From Nemertoderma westbladi (taxonomy: Eukaryota; Animalia; Xenacoelomorpha): 64,000 nucleotides of DNA. Positions within the stretch are counted from its first letter, which is position 1. Each line of letters begins with the position of its first letter. A program made the position numbers and the translations under genes. Of the stretch, positions 45,840-58,600 are shown one piece after another. The notes beneath the pieces are model-generated. The model was not told where the DNA came from and did no database searches. It was given only the letters and a program-made list of their open reading frames with translations. Location: assembly GCA_032718475.1 (NCBI GenBank), contig JAUCBJ010004579.1, positions 21,527 to 85,526 of the forward strand, read 5' to 3'.

Positions 45840-48800
45840 ATTAGTGAGAATGTTATCGATAGCTGTAGCAGTTGTGTCAGTGATACGAGTAGGAATATTA
45901 GTGAGAATGTTATCGATAGCTGTAGCAGTGGTGTCAGTGATACGAGTAGGATTATTAGTGAGAATGTTATCGATAGCTGTAGCAGTGGTGTCAGTGATAC
46001 GAGTAGGATTATTAGTGAGAATGTTATCGATAGCTGTAGCAGTGGTGTCAGTGATACGAGTAGGATTATTAGTGAGAATGTTATCGATAGCTGTAGCAGT
46101 GGTGTCAGTGATACGAGTAGGATTATTAGTGAGAATGTTATCGATAGCTGTAGCAGTGGTGTCAGTGATACGAGTAGGATTATTAGTGAGAATGTTATCG
46201 ATAGCTGTAGCAGTGGTGTCAGTGATACGAGTAGGATTATTAGTGAGAATGTTATCGATAGCTGTAGCAGTGGTGTCAGTGATACGAGTAGGATTATTAG
46301 TGAGAATGTTATCGATAGCTGTAGCAGTGGTGTCAGTGATACGAGTAGGATTATTAGTGAGAATACTGTCGATTATTCTTTAGCTATTTTGGTTCATCGT
46401 TTTCGAGGCGTTTATTACGTGATTCGGATATTTTTCTGACTTTAGCCTGGTGACGCAGTGGTGTCAGTGATACGAGTAGGATTCATTAGTGAGAATGTTA
46501 TCGATAGCTGTAGCAGTGGTGTCAGTGATACGAGTAGGATTATTAGTGAGAATGTTATCGATAGCTGTAGCAGTGGTGTCAGTGATACGAGTAGGATTAT
46601 TAGTGAGAATGTTATCGATAGCTGTAGCAGTGGTGTCAGTGATACGAGTAGGATTATTAGTGAGAATGTTATCGATAGCTGTAGCAGTGGTGTCAGTGAT
46701 ACGAGTAGGATTATTAGTGAGAATGTTATCGATAGCTGTAGCAGTGGTGTCAGTGATACGAGTAGGATTATTAGTGAGAATGTTATCGATAGCTGTAGCA
46801 GTGGTGTCAGTGATACGAGTAGGATTATTAGTGAGAATGTTATCGATAGCTGTAGCAGTGGTGTCAGTGATACGAGTAGGATTATTAGTGAGAATGTTAT
46901 CGATAGCTGTAGCACTGGTGTCAGTGATACGAGTAGGATTATTAGTGAGAATGTTATCGATAGCTGTAGCAGTGGTGTCAGTGATACGAGTAGGATTATT
47001 AGTGAGAATGTTATCGATAGCTGTAGCAGTTGTGTCAGTGATACGAGTAGGATTATTAGTGAGAATGTTATCGATAGCTGTAGCAGTGGTGTCAGTGATA
47101 CGAGTAGGATTATTAGTGAGAATGTTATCGATAGCTGTAGCAGTTGTGTCAGTGATACGAGTACTGTAGCAGTGTTGTGTCAGTGATACGAGTAGGATTA
47201 TTAGTGAGAATGTTATCGATAGCTGTAGCAGTGGTGTCAGAGTCAGTGATACGAGTAGGATTATTAGTGAGAATGTTATCGATAGCTGTAGCAGTGGTGT
47301 CAGTGATACGAGTAGGATTATTAGTGAGAATGTTATCGATAGCTGTAGCAGTTGTGTCAGAGATACGAGTAGGATTATTAGTGAGAATTTTATCGATAGC
47401 TGTAGCAGTGGTGTCAGTGATACGAGTAGATTATTAGTGAGAATGTTATCGATAGCTGTAGCAGCACTGGTGTCAGTGATACGAGTAGGATTATTAGTGA
47501 GAATGTTATCGATAGCTGTAGCAGTTGTGTCAGTGATACGAGTAGGATTATTAGTGAGAATGTTATCGATAGCTGTAGCAGTGGTGTCAGTGATACGAGT
47601 AGGATTATTAGTGAGAATGTTATCGATAGCTGTAGCAGTTGTGTCAGTGATACGAGTAGGATTATTAGTGAGAATGTTATCGATAGCTGTAGCAGTTGTG
47701 TCAGTGATACGAGTAGGATTATTAGTGAGAATGTTATCGATAGCTGTAGCAGTGGTGTCAGTGATACGAGTAGGATTATTAGTGAGAATGTTATCGATAG
47801 CTGTAGCACTGGTGTCAGTGATACGAGTAGGATTATTAGTGAGAATGTTATCGATAGCTGTAGCAGTGGTGTCAGTGATACGAGTAGGATTATTAGTGAG
47901 AATGTTATCGATAGCTGTAGCAGTGGTGTCAGTGATACGAGTAGGATTATTAGTGAGAATGTTATCGATAGCTGTAGACATGTTATCGATAGCTGTAGCA
48001 GTGGTGTCAGTGATACGAGTAGGATTATTAGTGAGAATGTTATCGATAGCTGTAGCAGTGGTGTCAGTGATACGAGTAGGATTATTAGTGAGAATGTTAT
48101 CGATAGCTGTAGCAGTGGTGTCAGTGATACGAGTAGGATTATTAGTGAGAATGTTATCGATAGCTGTAGCAGTGGTGTCAGTGATACGAGTAGGATTATT
48201 AGTGAGAATGTTATCGATAGCTGTAGCAGTGGTGTCAGTGATACGAGTAGGATTATTAGTGAGAATGTTATCGATAGCTGTAGCAGTTGTGTCAGTGATA
48301 CGAGTAGGATTATTAGTGAGAATGTTATCGATAGCTGTAGCAGTTGTGTCAGTGATACGAGTAGGATTATTAGTGAGAATGTTATCGATAGCTGTAGCAG
48401 TGGTGTCAGTGATACGAGTAGGATTATTAGTGAGAATGTTATCGATAGCTGTAGCAGTTGTGTCAGTGATACGAGTAGGATTATTAGTGAGAATTTTATC
48501 GATAGCTGTAGCAGTGGTGTCAGTGATACGAGTAGGATTATTAGTGAGAATGTTATCGATAGCTGTAGCAGTGGTGTCAGTGATACGAGTAGGATTATTA
48601 GTGAGAATGTTATCGATAGCTGTAGCAGTGGTGTCAGTGATACGAGTAGGATTATTAGTGATAATGTTATCGATAGCTGTAGCAGTTGTGTCAGTGATAC
48701 GAATAGGATTATTAGTGAGAATGTTATCGATAGCTGTAGCAGTGGTGTCAGTGATACGAGTAGGATTATTAGTGAGAATGTTATCGATATCTGTAGCAGT

Positions 48801-49830
48801 TGTGTCAGTGATACGAGTACTGTAGCAGTTGTGTCAGTGATACGAGTAGGATTATTAGTGAGAATGTTATCGATAGCTGTAGCAGTGGTGTCAGTGATAC
48901 GAGTAGGATTATTAGTGAGAATGTTATCGATAGCTGTAGCAGTTGTGTCAGTGATACGAGTAGGATTATTAGTGAGAATGTTATCGATAGCTGTAGCAGT
49001 GGTGTCAGTGATACGAGTAGGATTATTAGTGAGAATGTTATCGATAGCTGTAGCAGTTGTGTCAGTGATACGAGTAGGATTATTAGTGAGAATGTTATCG
49101 ATAGCTGTAGCAGTTTTGTCAGTGATACGAGTAGGATTATTAGTGAGAATTTTATCGATAGCTGTAGCAGTGGTGTCAGTGATACGAGTAGGATTATTAG
49201 TGAGAATGTTATCGATAGCTGTAGCAGTGGTGTCAGTGATACGAGTAGGATTATTAGTGAGAATGTTATCGATAGCTGTAGCAGTTGTGTCAGTGATACG
49301 AGTAGGATTATTAGTGATAATGTTATCGATAGCTGTAGCAGTTGTGTCAGTGATACGAGTAGGATTATTAGTGAGAATGTTATCGATAGCTGTAGCAGTG
49401 GTGTCAGTGATACGAGTAGGATTATTAGTGAGAATGTTATCGATAGCTGAAGCAGTTGTGTCAGTGATACGAGTAGGATTATTAGTGAGAATGTTATCGA
49501 TAGCTGTTAGTAGCACTGGTGTCAGTGATACGAGTAGGATTATTAGTGAGAATGTTATCGATAGCTGTAGCAGTGGTGTCAGTGATACGAGTAGGATTAT
49601 TAGTGAGAATGTTATCGATAGCTGTAGCAGTTGTGTCAGTGATACGAGTAGGATTATTAGTGAGAATGTTATCGATAGCTGTAGCAGTTGTGTGAGTGAT
49701 ACGAGTAGGATTATTAGTGAGAATGTTATCGATAGCTGTAGCAGTTGTGTCAGTGATACGAGTAGGATTATTAGTGAGAATGTTATCGATAGCTGTAGCA
49801 GTTGTGTCAGTGATACGAGTAGGATTATTA
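45840..49830. repeat. 57-bp satellite (~68 units) in a MAT intron, derived from a LINE AP-endonuclease coding segment
   Basis: Unit GAGAATGTTATCGATAGCTGTAGCAGTKGTGTCAGTGATACGAGTAGGATTATTAGT; the minus strand translates as NPTRITDTTATAIDNILTN. Confidence 0.95.
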
Positions 49831-49925
49831 ATTAAAGGAGTGAAACAGTTCGCCGATATAGTTTCCATAAATTTGGTTGTGGTGCGATTTCAGTATGAAG
49901 TCGATCTTTATTAAAATCGCTGATC
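49831..49925 (-). mobile_element. CR1/L2-type LINE endonuclease remnant flanking the satellite
   Basis: SDFNKD (GDFN-like), then after a frameshift FMETISANCFTPLINNPTRIT, which runs straight into the array. Confidence 0.75.
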
Positions 49926-49954
49926 GCGAAACGAATCATTGAAAATGGTTCTAT

Positions 49955-50994
49955 ATAGGATTAGGCCTCAGAAACTACTGCGTAAGAGCCAAAACGGATT
50001 TCGACCAAGTAGATCAACAATAGCTCAGATAATTGCACTACGGAGACTGATTGAAGGAATTAAGTCAAAGAATCTCCCCGCAGTCATGACTTTTGTATAC
50101 TTCAAGAAGGCACTCGACTCCATCCATAGAGGTAAAATGCTTGAAATCCTAAGAGCTTATGGAATACCAGAAGTAATTGTTGCTGGCATTGGATTGTTAT
50201 ATTGTGACACAGAAGCACAGGTACTCTCACCAGATGGTGAAACTGAGTTTTTCTCAATCCTGGCTGGCGTACTGCAAGGTGACACATTAGCACCATTACT
50301 ATTTGTAATTGTGCTGGATTACGCAATGAGGACGGCCACAAAGGGTGAAGATCTGGAATTCTCACTTCAAGAACGCAGAAGTAGTAGATATCCGGCAACT
50401 ACAGTTACAGACACCGACCGACTTTGCGGATGACATCGCCCTGCTCTCTAATACGCTAGCAGATGCACAGCTTCTACTAAATAAAGTGGAGAGGGCTGCT
50501 AAGAAGGTTGGATTGCATATAAATGCTACTAAGACGAATTCATGACGTTGAATGTTGATGGAAACTTGACAACCATTGATAATAATCAACTAAGGAAGGC
50601 CGACGACTTCCAGTACCTTGGATCATGGATAGAGATCTATCCAGGCACCTGAAGACTAAGTTCTTTCGCGCCACAGTGGAAAGTGTATTTTTATACGGGG
50701 GTGAGACCTATGGACACTGACTAAATTAAATCACTTGAACAACGAATTGATGGTTGCTACACAAGACTACTAAGGGCAGCCCTAAACATCAGCTGGAGAC
50801 AACACATGACAAACGCCGAGCTTTATGGTACAATACGACCTGTATCAACCACCCTCCGTGAACGCAGATTAAGATTCAGTGGGCACTGCTGGCGAAGTAA
50901 AGACAAGGTCATACCAGATCTACTTCTCTGGCAACCAACTCATGGAAAGCGTAGTCGTGGACGACCTGCCATAACATATATCGATCAACTTTAA
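49955..50994 (+). mobile_element. Decayed RTE-like LINE (second family)
   Basis: LRKSQNGFRPSRST, GVLQGDTLAPLLF, DFADDIALL, FQYLGSW, RRLRFSGHCWR..GKRSRGRP; frameshifts and deletions. Confidence 0.88.
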
Positions 50995-51828
50995 AGGGAG
51001 AAACGAAATTTATCAGAGTTGAATCGAGTTGTTCAATGTTTATAATAGAAAGGAGTCGGTAATCATGTATAAGAAGATATTGAGTATTATCAACAATTAC
51101 TCTGAAATTGAATATTGGATTCTATGCAAGGGATACATATCAAATTTGGTAAATACTTGAGGTAGGAAATATATTTTTGGATTGTTGATATTATACATTT
51201 TGCATGGTATGTTACAGAACAGGTTGTACAAGTAAAGGTACACTTAGTTGGAGTGAATAATTTTTAATATAATAAATTTAATGTTGAAATAGTAAATTAA
51301 TCGTGTGTGAACATTTTGATCAAATTGAAAAAATATATTTTGAACAATCTGCACCAAAAAATAAAATAAGAAATATACAAAAATACAAAATGTAATCTGT
51401 AGAATATTTTTCAAGCTGCGTGCTGTAAAGACCTAAAGCTTGCTATTCCTTTAAAATTTAAAAACAAAATACTTAGCAATACATAATACATGGTCGTAAA
51501 ACTTAGAGCTACACACTTCATGTTTGAATATAATATAAAAATAATGAGAATAAATTATTACAGCACCCCCCCCCCCCCCCCCATCCATGAATTTTATTAA
51601 ACTGCCGAGTATAAACTTAGTAAGAATTCTGTGAAATCCAAAACTCAAAGAAAACTTCAACATTTGTAATTTTAATCGCACTCTAATTCAATGGGACACT
51701 TTACATACGTGATTATCACTTGAAAGGGAAACACGACACCATAATGTCAGAAAATAAATTATTTTAAATCACAAGAACTACGTAATACAATAGAGTAGCA
51801 GCGACATTAGTGTATATAGATTACAAAC

Positions 51829-51954
51829 TTTTTCCTTTAATGTCCTCCGTATTTCTTCGTTTGTAACTTCCTCGTCGTGCTGTGTAGATATAACTACAGT
51901 ATGGACTCGAATAGGAATAGCGGCGCCTTTATCGAAACGGTAATCCGCTGTTAC
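51829..51954 (-). CDS. MAT: S-adenosylmethionine synthetase exon (126 nt), the most 5' exon visible
   Basis: ag|[42 protein letters not shown]|gtttgt; joins in frame to VINEVIP. Exons for the N-terminal ~180 aa were not found in the window. Confidence 0.92.
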
Positions 51955-52059
51955 CTAGGTTACAATGACAATAGTGTTTATATAAGTATCATTGACATAC
52001 CAGATTTAATGGAAGTCTTCCCATCAGTTACCTAGGCTATAAATGAAATCGGCCGGTAC

Positions 52060-52460
52060 CTCAACCTAGCAAACCTAAAAGATCTGGATAAAACAAAAAC
52101 CATGTTTATAAAACGCATGCTTGGACTACAGCAATCGGCAGCATCAACTCTAGCACTGAAATTAGTTGGTGAAAATACACTCGTTGACAGAGAGAATATT
52201 CAACCGAAGGGTAAAACAACAGTACCGAGCCCACCGTCTGGACCGCGAAACAAACCGCGAGCAATTCATCCAAGGGCCAGAGCTTACATCGGCAACGTGG
52301 AAACGGCCTGGGCAGAAGAACCTCCACTTAGTTACCCGACTTACTGCACTCGGTTTCCATCATAAGTTGCGTGGAATGGAAACATGACCCCCTTCCACTC
52401 ACTCACACCGGAATGAATGTGCACATTCTGTGGCCAATCGTGTATTATCGATACCTCTTT
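52060..52460 (+). mobile_element. Probable LINE 3' remnant
   Basis: FIKRMLGL.. and GFHHKL..CTFCG-like residues; weak support. Confidence 0.35.
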
Positions 52461-52621
52461 TACCCCACAAGGGTTGTATCTTGAAATATTCGATTTATTG
52501 AATAATAAACTAGGGTTTTTTGACCGCCAACCTCGAAAATCTTGCTCGTTGCGCTCGCTCGGCCATAAAGGGGGAAAATAATATATTTCATATAAGCAAT
52601 ATTATTTCACAAAATTGCTAT

Positions 52622-55600
52622 TTAACCTCCCTTATTTCCCTTTCACCTCCCTTATTTCCTTTTCACCTCCCTTATTTCCTTTTCACCTCCCTTATTTCCT
52701 TTTCACCTCCCTTATTTCCCTTTCACCTCCCTTATTTCCTTTTCACCTCCCTTATTTCCTTTTCACCTCCCTTATTTCCTTTTCACATCTCTTATTTCCT
52801 TTTCACCTCCCTTATTTCCCTTTCACCTCCTTTATTTCCCTTTCACCTCCCTTATTTCCTTTTCACCTCCCTTACTTCCCTTTCACGTCCCTTAATTCCC
52901 TTTCACCTCCCTTACTTCCCTTTCACGTCCCTTATTTCCCTTTCACCTCCCTTATTTCCCTTTCACCTCCCTTATTTCCTTTTCACCTCCCGTATTTCCC
53001 TTTCTCCTCCCTTATTTCCCTTTCACCTCCCTTATTTCCCTTTCACGTCCCTTATTTCCCTTTCTCCTCCCTTATTTCCCTTTCACCTCTCTTATTTCCC
53101 TTTCACCTCCCTTATTTCCCTTTCACTTCCCTCATTTCCTTTTCACCTCTCTTATTTCCCTTTCACCTCCCTTATTTCCCTTTCTCCTCCCTTATTTCCC
53201 TTTCACCTCCCTTATTTCCTTTTCACATCTCTTATTTCCCTTTCACCTCCCGTAATTCCTTTTCACCTCCCTTATTTCCTTTTCACCTCTCTTATTTCCC
53301 TTTCACCTCCCTTATTTCCCTTTCACCTCCCTTATTTCCCTTTCTCCTCCCTTATTTCCCTTTCACCTCCCTTATTTCCTTTTCACCTCCCTTATTTCCC
53401 TTTCACCTCCCTTATTTCCCTTTCACTTCCCTCATTTCCTTTTCACCTCTCTTATTTCCCTTTCACCTCCCTTATTTCCTTTTCACCTCCCTTATTTCCC
53501 TTTCACCTCCCTTATTTCCTTTTCACCTCTCTTATTTCCCTTTCACCTCCCTTATTTCCCTTTCACCTCCCTTATTTCCCTTTATCCTCCCTTATTTCCC
53601 TTTCACCTCCCTTATTTCCTTTTCACCTCCCTTATTTCCCTTTCACCTCCCTTATTGCCCTTTCACTTCCCTTATTTCCTTTTCACCTCCCTTATTTCCC
53701 TTTCACCTCCCTTATTTCCCTTTCACTTCCCTCATTTCCTTTTCACCTCTCTTATTTCCCTTTCACCTCCCTTATTTCCCTTTCACTTCCCTCATTTCCT
53801 TTTCACCTCTCTTATTTCCCTTTCACCTCCCTTATTTCCCTTTCACTTCCCTCATTTCCTTTTCACCTCTCTTATTTCCCTTTCACCTCCCTTATTTCCT
53901 TTTCACCCCCCTTATTTCCCTTTCACCTCCCTTATTTCCCTTTCACCTCCCTTATTTCCTTTTCACCTCCCTTATTTCCTTTTCACCTCCCTTATTTCCC
54001 TTTCACCTCCCTTATTTCCCTTTCACTTCCCTCATTTCCTTTTCACCTCTCTTATTTCCCTTTCACCTCCCTTATTTCCTTTTCACCTCCCTTATTTCCC
54101 TTTCTCCTCCCTTATTTCCCTTTCACCTCCCTTATTTCCTTTTCACCTCCCTTATTTCCCTTTCACCTCCCTTATTTCCCTTTCACTTCCCTCATTTCCT
54201 TTTCACCTCTCTTATTTCCCTTTCACCTCCCTTATTTCCTTTTCACCTCCCTTATTTCCCTTTCACCTCCCTTATTTCCTTTTCACCTCTCTTATTTCCC
54301 TTTCACCTCCCTTATTTCCTTTTCACCTCCCTTATTTCCCTTTCACCTCCATTATTTCCCTTTCACTTCCCTCATTTCCTTTTCACCTCTCTTATTTCCT
54401 TTTCACCTCCCTTATTTCCTTTTCACCTCCCTTATTTCCCTTTCTCCTCCCTTATTTCCCTTTCACCTCCCTTATTTCCTTTTCACCTCCCTTATTTCCC
54501 TTTCACCTCCCTTATTTCCCTTTCACCTCCCTTATTTCCCTTTCACTTCCCTCATTTCCTTTTTACCTCTCTTATTTCCCTTTCACCTCCCTTATTTCCC
54601 TTTCACCTCCCTTATTTCCTTTTCACCTCCCTTATTTCCCTTTCACTTCCCTCATTTCCTTTTCACCTCTCTTATTTCCCTTTCACCTCCCTTATTTCCT
54701 TTTCACCTCCCTTATTTCCCTTTCACCTCCCTTATTTCCTTTTCACCTCTCTTATTTTCCTTTCACCTCCCTTATTTCCTTTTCACCTCCCTTATTTCCC
54801 TTTCACCTCCATTATTTCCCTTTCACTTCCCTCATTTCCCTTTCACCTCTCTTATTTCCTTTTCACCTCCCTTATTTCCTTTTCACCTCCCTTATTTCCT
54901 TTTCACCTCTCTTATTTCCCTTTCACCTCTCTTATTTCCTTTTCACCTCCCTTATTTCCTTTTCACCTCTCTTATTTCCCTTTCACTTCCCTTATTTCCT
55001 TTTCACCTCCCTTATTTCCCTTTCTCCTCCCTTATTTCCCTTTCACCTCCCTTATTTCCTTTTCACATCTCTTATTTCCCTTTCACCTCCCTTATTTCCC
55101 TTTCACCCCCCTTATTTCCCTTTCACCTCCCTAATTTCCTTTTCACCACCCTTATTTCCCTTTATCCTCCCTTATTTCCCTTTCACCTCCCTTATTTCCT
55201 TTCCACCTCTCTTATTTCCCTTTCACCTCCCCTCATTTCCTTTTCACCTCCCCTTATTTCCCTTTCACCTCCCTTATTTCCCTTTCTCCTCCCTTATTTC
55301 CTTTTCACCTCTCTTATTTCCCTTTCACCTCCCTTATTTCCTTTTCACATCCCTATTTCCTTTTCACCTCTCTTATTTCCCTTTCACCTTCCTTATTTCC
55401 CTTTCACCTCCCTGATTTCCCTTTCACCTCCCTGATTTCCCTTCCACTTCTCTTATTTCCTTTTCACCTCCCTTATTTCCTTTTCACCTCTCTTATTTCC
55501 CTTTCACCTCCCCTCATTTCCTTTTCACCTCCCCTTATTTCCCTTTCACCTCCCTTATTTCCCTTTCTCCTCCCTTATTTCCTTTTCACCTCTCTTATTT

Positions 55601-58600
55601 CCCTTTCACCTCCCTTATTTCCTTTTCACATCCCTATTTCCTTTCCCCCCCCCCCTTATTTCCCTTTCACCTCCCTTATTTCCCTTTCACCTCCCTAATT
55701 TCCTTTTCACCACCCTTATTTCCTTTTATCCTCCCTTATTTCCCTTTCACCTCCCTTATTTCCTTTTCACCTCTCTTATTTCCCTTTCACCTCCCTTATT
55801 TCCTTTTCACCTCCCTTATTTCCCTTTCACCTCCCTTATTTCCCTTTCACTTCCCTCATTTCCTTTTCACCTCTCTTATTTCCCTTTCACCTCCCTTATT
55901 TCCTTTTCACCTCCCTTATTTCCCTTTCACCTCCCTTATTTCCCTTTATCCTCCCTTATTTCCCTTTCACCTCCCTTATTTCCTTTTCACCTCTCTTATT
56001 TCCCTTTCACCTCCCTTATTTCCTTTTCACCTCCCTTATTTCCCTTTCACCTCCCTTATTTCCCTTTCACTTCCCTCATTTCCTTTTCACCTCTCTTATT
56101 TCCCTTTCACCTCCCTTATTTCCTTTTCACCTCCCTTATTTCCCTTTCACCTCCCTTATTTCCCTTTCACCTCCCTTATTTCCTTTTCACCTCCCTTATT
56201 TCCCTTTCCCCCCCCCCTTATTTCCCTTTCACCTCCCTTATTTCCCTTTATCCTCCGGCCTCCCTTATTTCCCTTTCACCTCCCTTATTTCCTTTTCACA
56301 TCCCTTATTTCCCTTTCACCTCCCTTATTTCCCTTTCACTTCCCTCATTTCCTTTTCACCTCTCTTATTTCCCTTTCACCTCCCTTATTTCCCTTTCACT
56401 TCCCTCATTTCCTTTTCACCTCTCTCATTTCCCTTTCACCTCCCTTATTTCCCTTTCACTTCCCTCATTTCCTTTTCACCTCTCTTATTTCCCTTTCACC
56501 TCCCTTATTTCCCTTTAACTTCCCTCATTTCCTTTTCACCTCCCTTATTTCCTTTTCACCTCCCTTATTTCCTTTTCACCTCCCTTATTTCCCTTTCTCC
56601 CCCCTTATTTCCCTTTCACCTCCCTTATTTCCTTTTCACCTTCCTTATTTCCCTTTCACCTCCCTTATTTCCCTTTCACCTCCCTTATTTCCCTTTCCCC
56701 CCCTTATTTCCCTTTCTCCCCCCTTATTTCCCTTTCACCTCCCTTATTTCCCTTTCAATTCCCTCATTTCCTTTTCACCTCCCTTATTTCCTTTTCACCT
56801 CCCATATTTCCCTTTCACCTCCCTTATTTCCTTTTCACCTCCCTTATTTCCCTTTCACCTCCCTTATTTCCCTTTCACCTCCCTTATTTCCCTTTCACCT
56901 CCCTTATTTCCTTTTCACCTCCCTTATTTCCCTTTCTCCCCCCTTATTTCCCTTTCTCCCCCCTTATTTCCCTTTCACCTCCCTTATTTCCTTTTCACCT
57001 CCCTTATTTCCTTTTCACCTCCCATATTTCCCTTTCACCTCCCTTATTTCCTTTTCACCTCCCTTATTTCCCTTTATCCTCCGGCCTCCCTTATTTCCCT
57101 TTCACCTCCCTTATTTCCTTTTCACAACCCTTATTTCCCTTTCACCTCCCTTATTTCCCTTTCACCTCCCTTATTTCCCTTTCACCTCCCTTATTTCCTT
57201 TTCACAACCCTTATTTCCCTTTCACCTCCCTTATTTCCCTTTCACCTCCCTTATTTCCGTTTCTCCCCCCTTATTTCCCTTTCACCTCCCTTATTTCCCT
57301 TTCACTTCCCTCATTTCCTTTTCACCTCCCTTATTTCCTTTTCACCTCCCATATTTCCCTTTCACCTCCCTTATTTCCTTTTCACCTCCCTTATTTCCCT
57401 TTCACCTCCCTTATTTCCCTTTCACCTCCCTTATTTCCCTTTCACCTCCCTTATTTCATTTTCACCTCCCTTATTTCCCTTTCTCCCCCCTTATTTCCCT
57501 TTCACCTCCCTTATTTCCCTTTCACTTCCCTCATTTCCTTTTCACCTCCCTTATTTCCCTTTCACTTCCCTCATTTCCTTTTCACCTCTCTTATTTCCCT
57601 TTCACCTCCCTTATTTCCTTTTCACCTCCCTTATTTCCCTTTCACCTCCCTTATTTCCTTTTCACCTCTCTTATTTTCCTTTCACCTCCCTTATTTCCTT
57701 TTCACCTCCCTTATTTCCCTTTCACCTCCATTATTTCCCTTTCACTTCCCTCATTTCCCTTTCACCTCTCTTATTTCCTTTTCACCTCCCTTATTTCCTT
57801 TTCACCTCCCTTATTTCCTTTTCACCTCTCTTATTTCCCTTTCACCTCTCTTATTTCCTTTTCACCTCCCTTATTTCCTTTTCACCTCTCTTATTTCCCT
57901 TTCACTTCCCTTATTTCCTTTTCACCTCCCTTATTTCCCTTTCTCCTCCCTTATTTCCCTTTCACCTCCCTTATTTCCTTTTCACATCTCTTATTTCCCT
58001 TTCACCTCCCTTATTTCCCTTTCACCCCCCTTATTTCCCTTTCACCTCCCTAATTTCCTTTTCACCACCCTTATTTCCCTTTATCCTCCCTTATTTCCCT
58101 TTCACCTCCCTTATTTCCTTTCCACCTCTCTTATTTCCCTTTCACCTCCCCTCATTTCCTTTTCACCTCCCCTTATTTCCCTTTCACCTCCCTTATTTCC
58201 CTTTCTCCTCCCTTATTTCCTTGTCACCTCTCTTATTTCCCTTTCACCTCCCTTATTTCCTTTTCACATCCCTATTTCCTTTTCACCTCTCTTATTTCCC
58301 TTTCACCTTCCTTATTTCCCTTTCACCTCCCTGATTTCCCTTTCACCTCCCTGATTTCCCTTCCACTTCTCTTATTTCCTTTTCACCTCCCTTATTTCCT
58401 TTTCACCTCTCTTATTTCCCTTTCACCTCCCCTCATTTCCTTTTCACCTCCCCTTATTTCCCTTTCACCTCCCTTATTTCCCTTTCTCCTCCCTTATTTC
58501 CTTTTCACCTCTCTTATTTCCCTTTCACCTCCCTTATTTCCTTTTCACATCCCTATTTCCTTTCCCCCCCCCCTTATTTCCCTTTCACCTCCCTTATTTC

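Noticed and set aside
45822-49868. Repeat-protein ORFs (antifreeze/mucin-like TATAIDN repeats)
   Set aside because: Translations of an intronic 57-bp satellite; frames switch at indels and the peptide is a LINE endonuclease fragment.
52520-55435. 971/839/586-aa Phe/Pro/Ser-rich ORFs
   Set aside because: Stop-poor translations of the 20-bp satellite.
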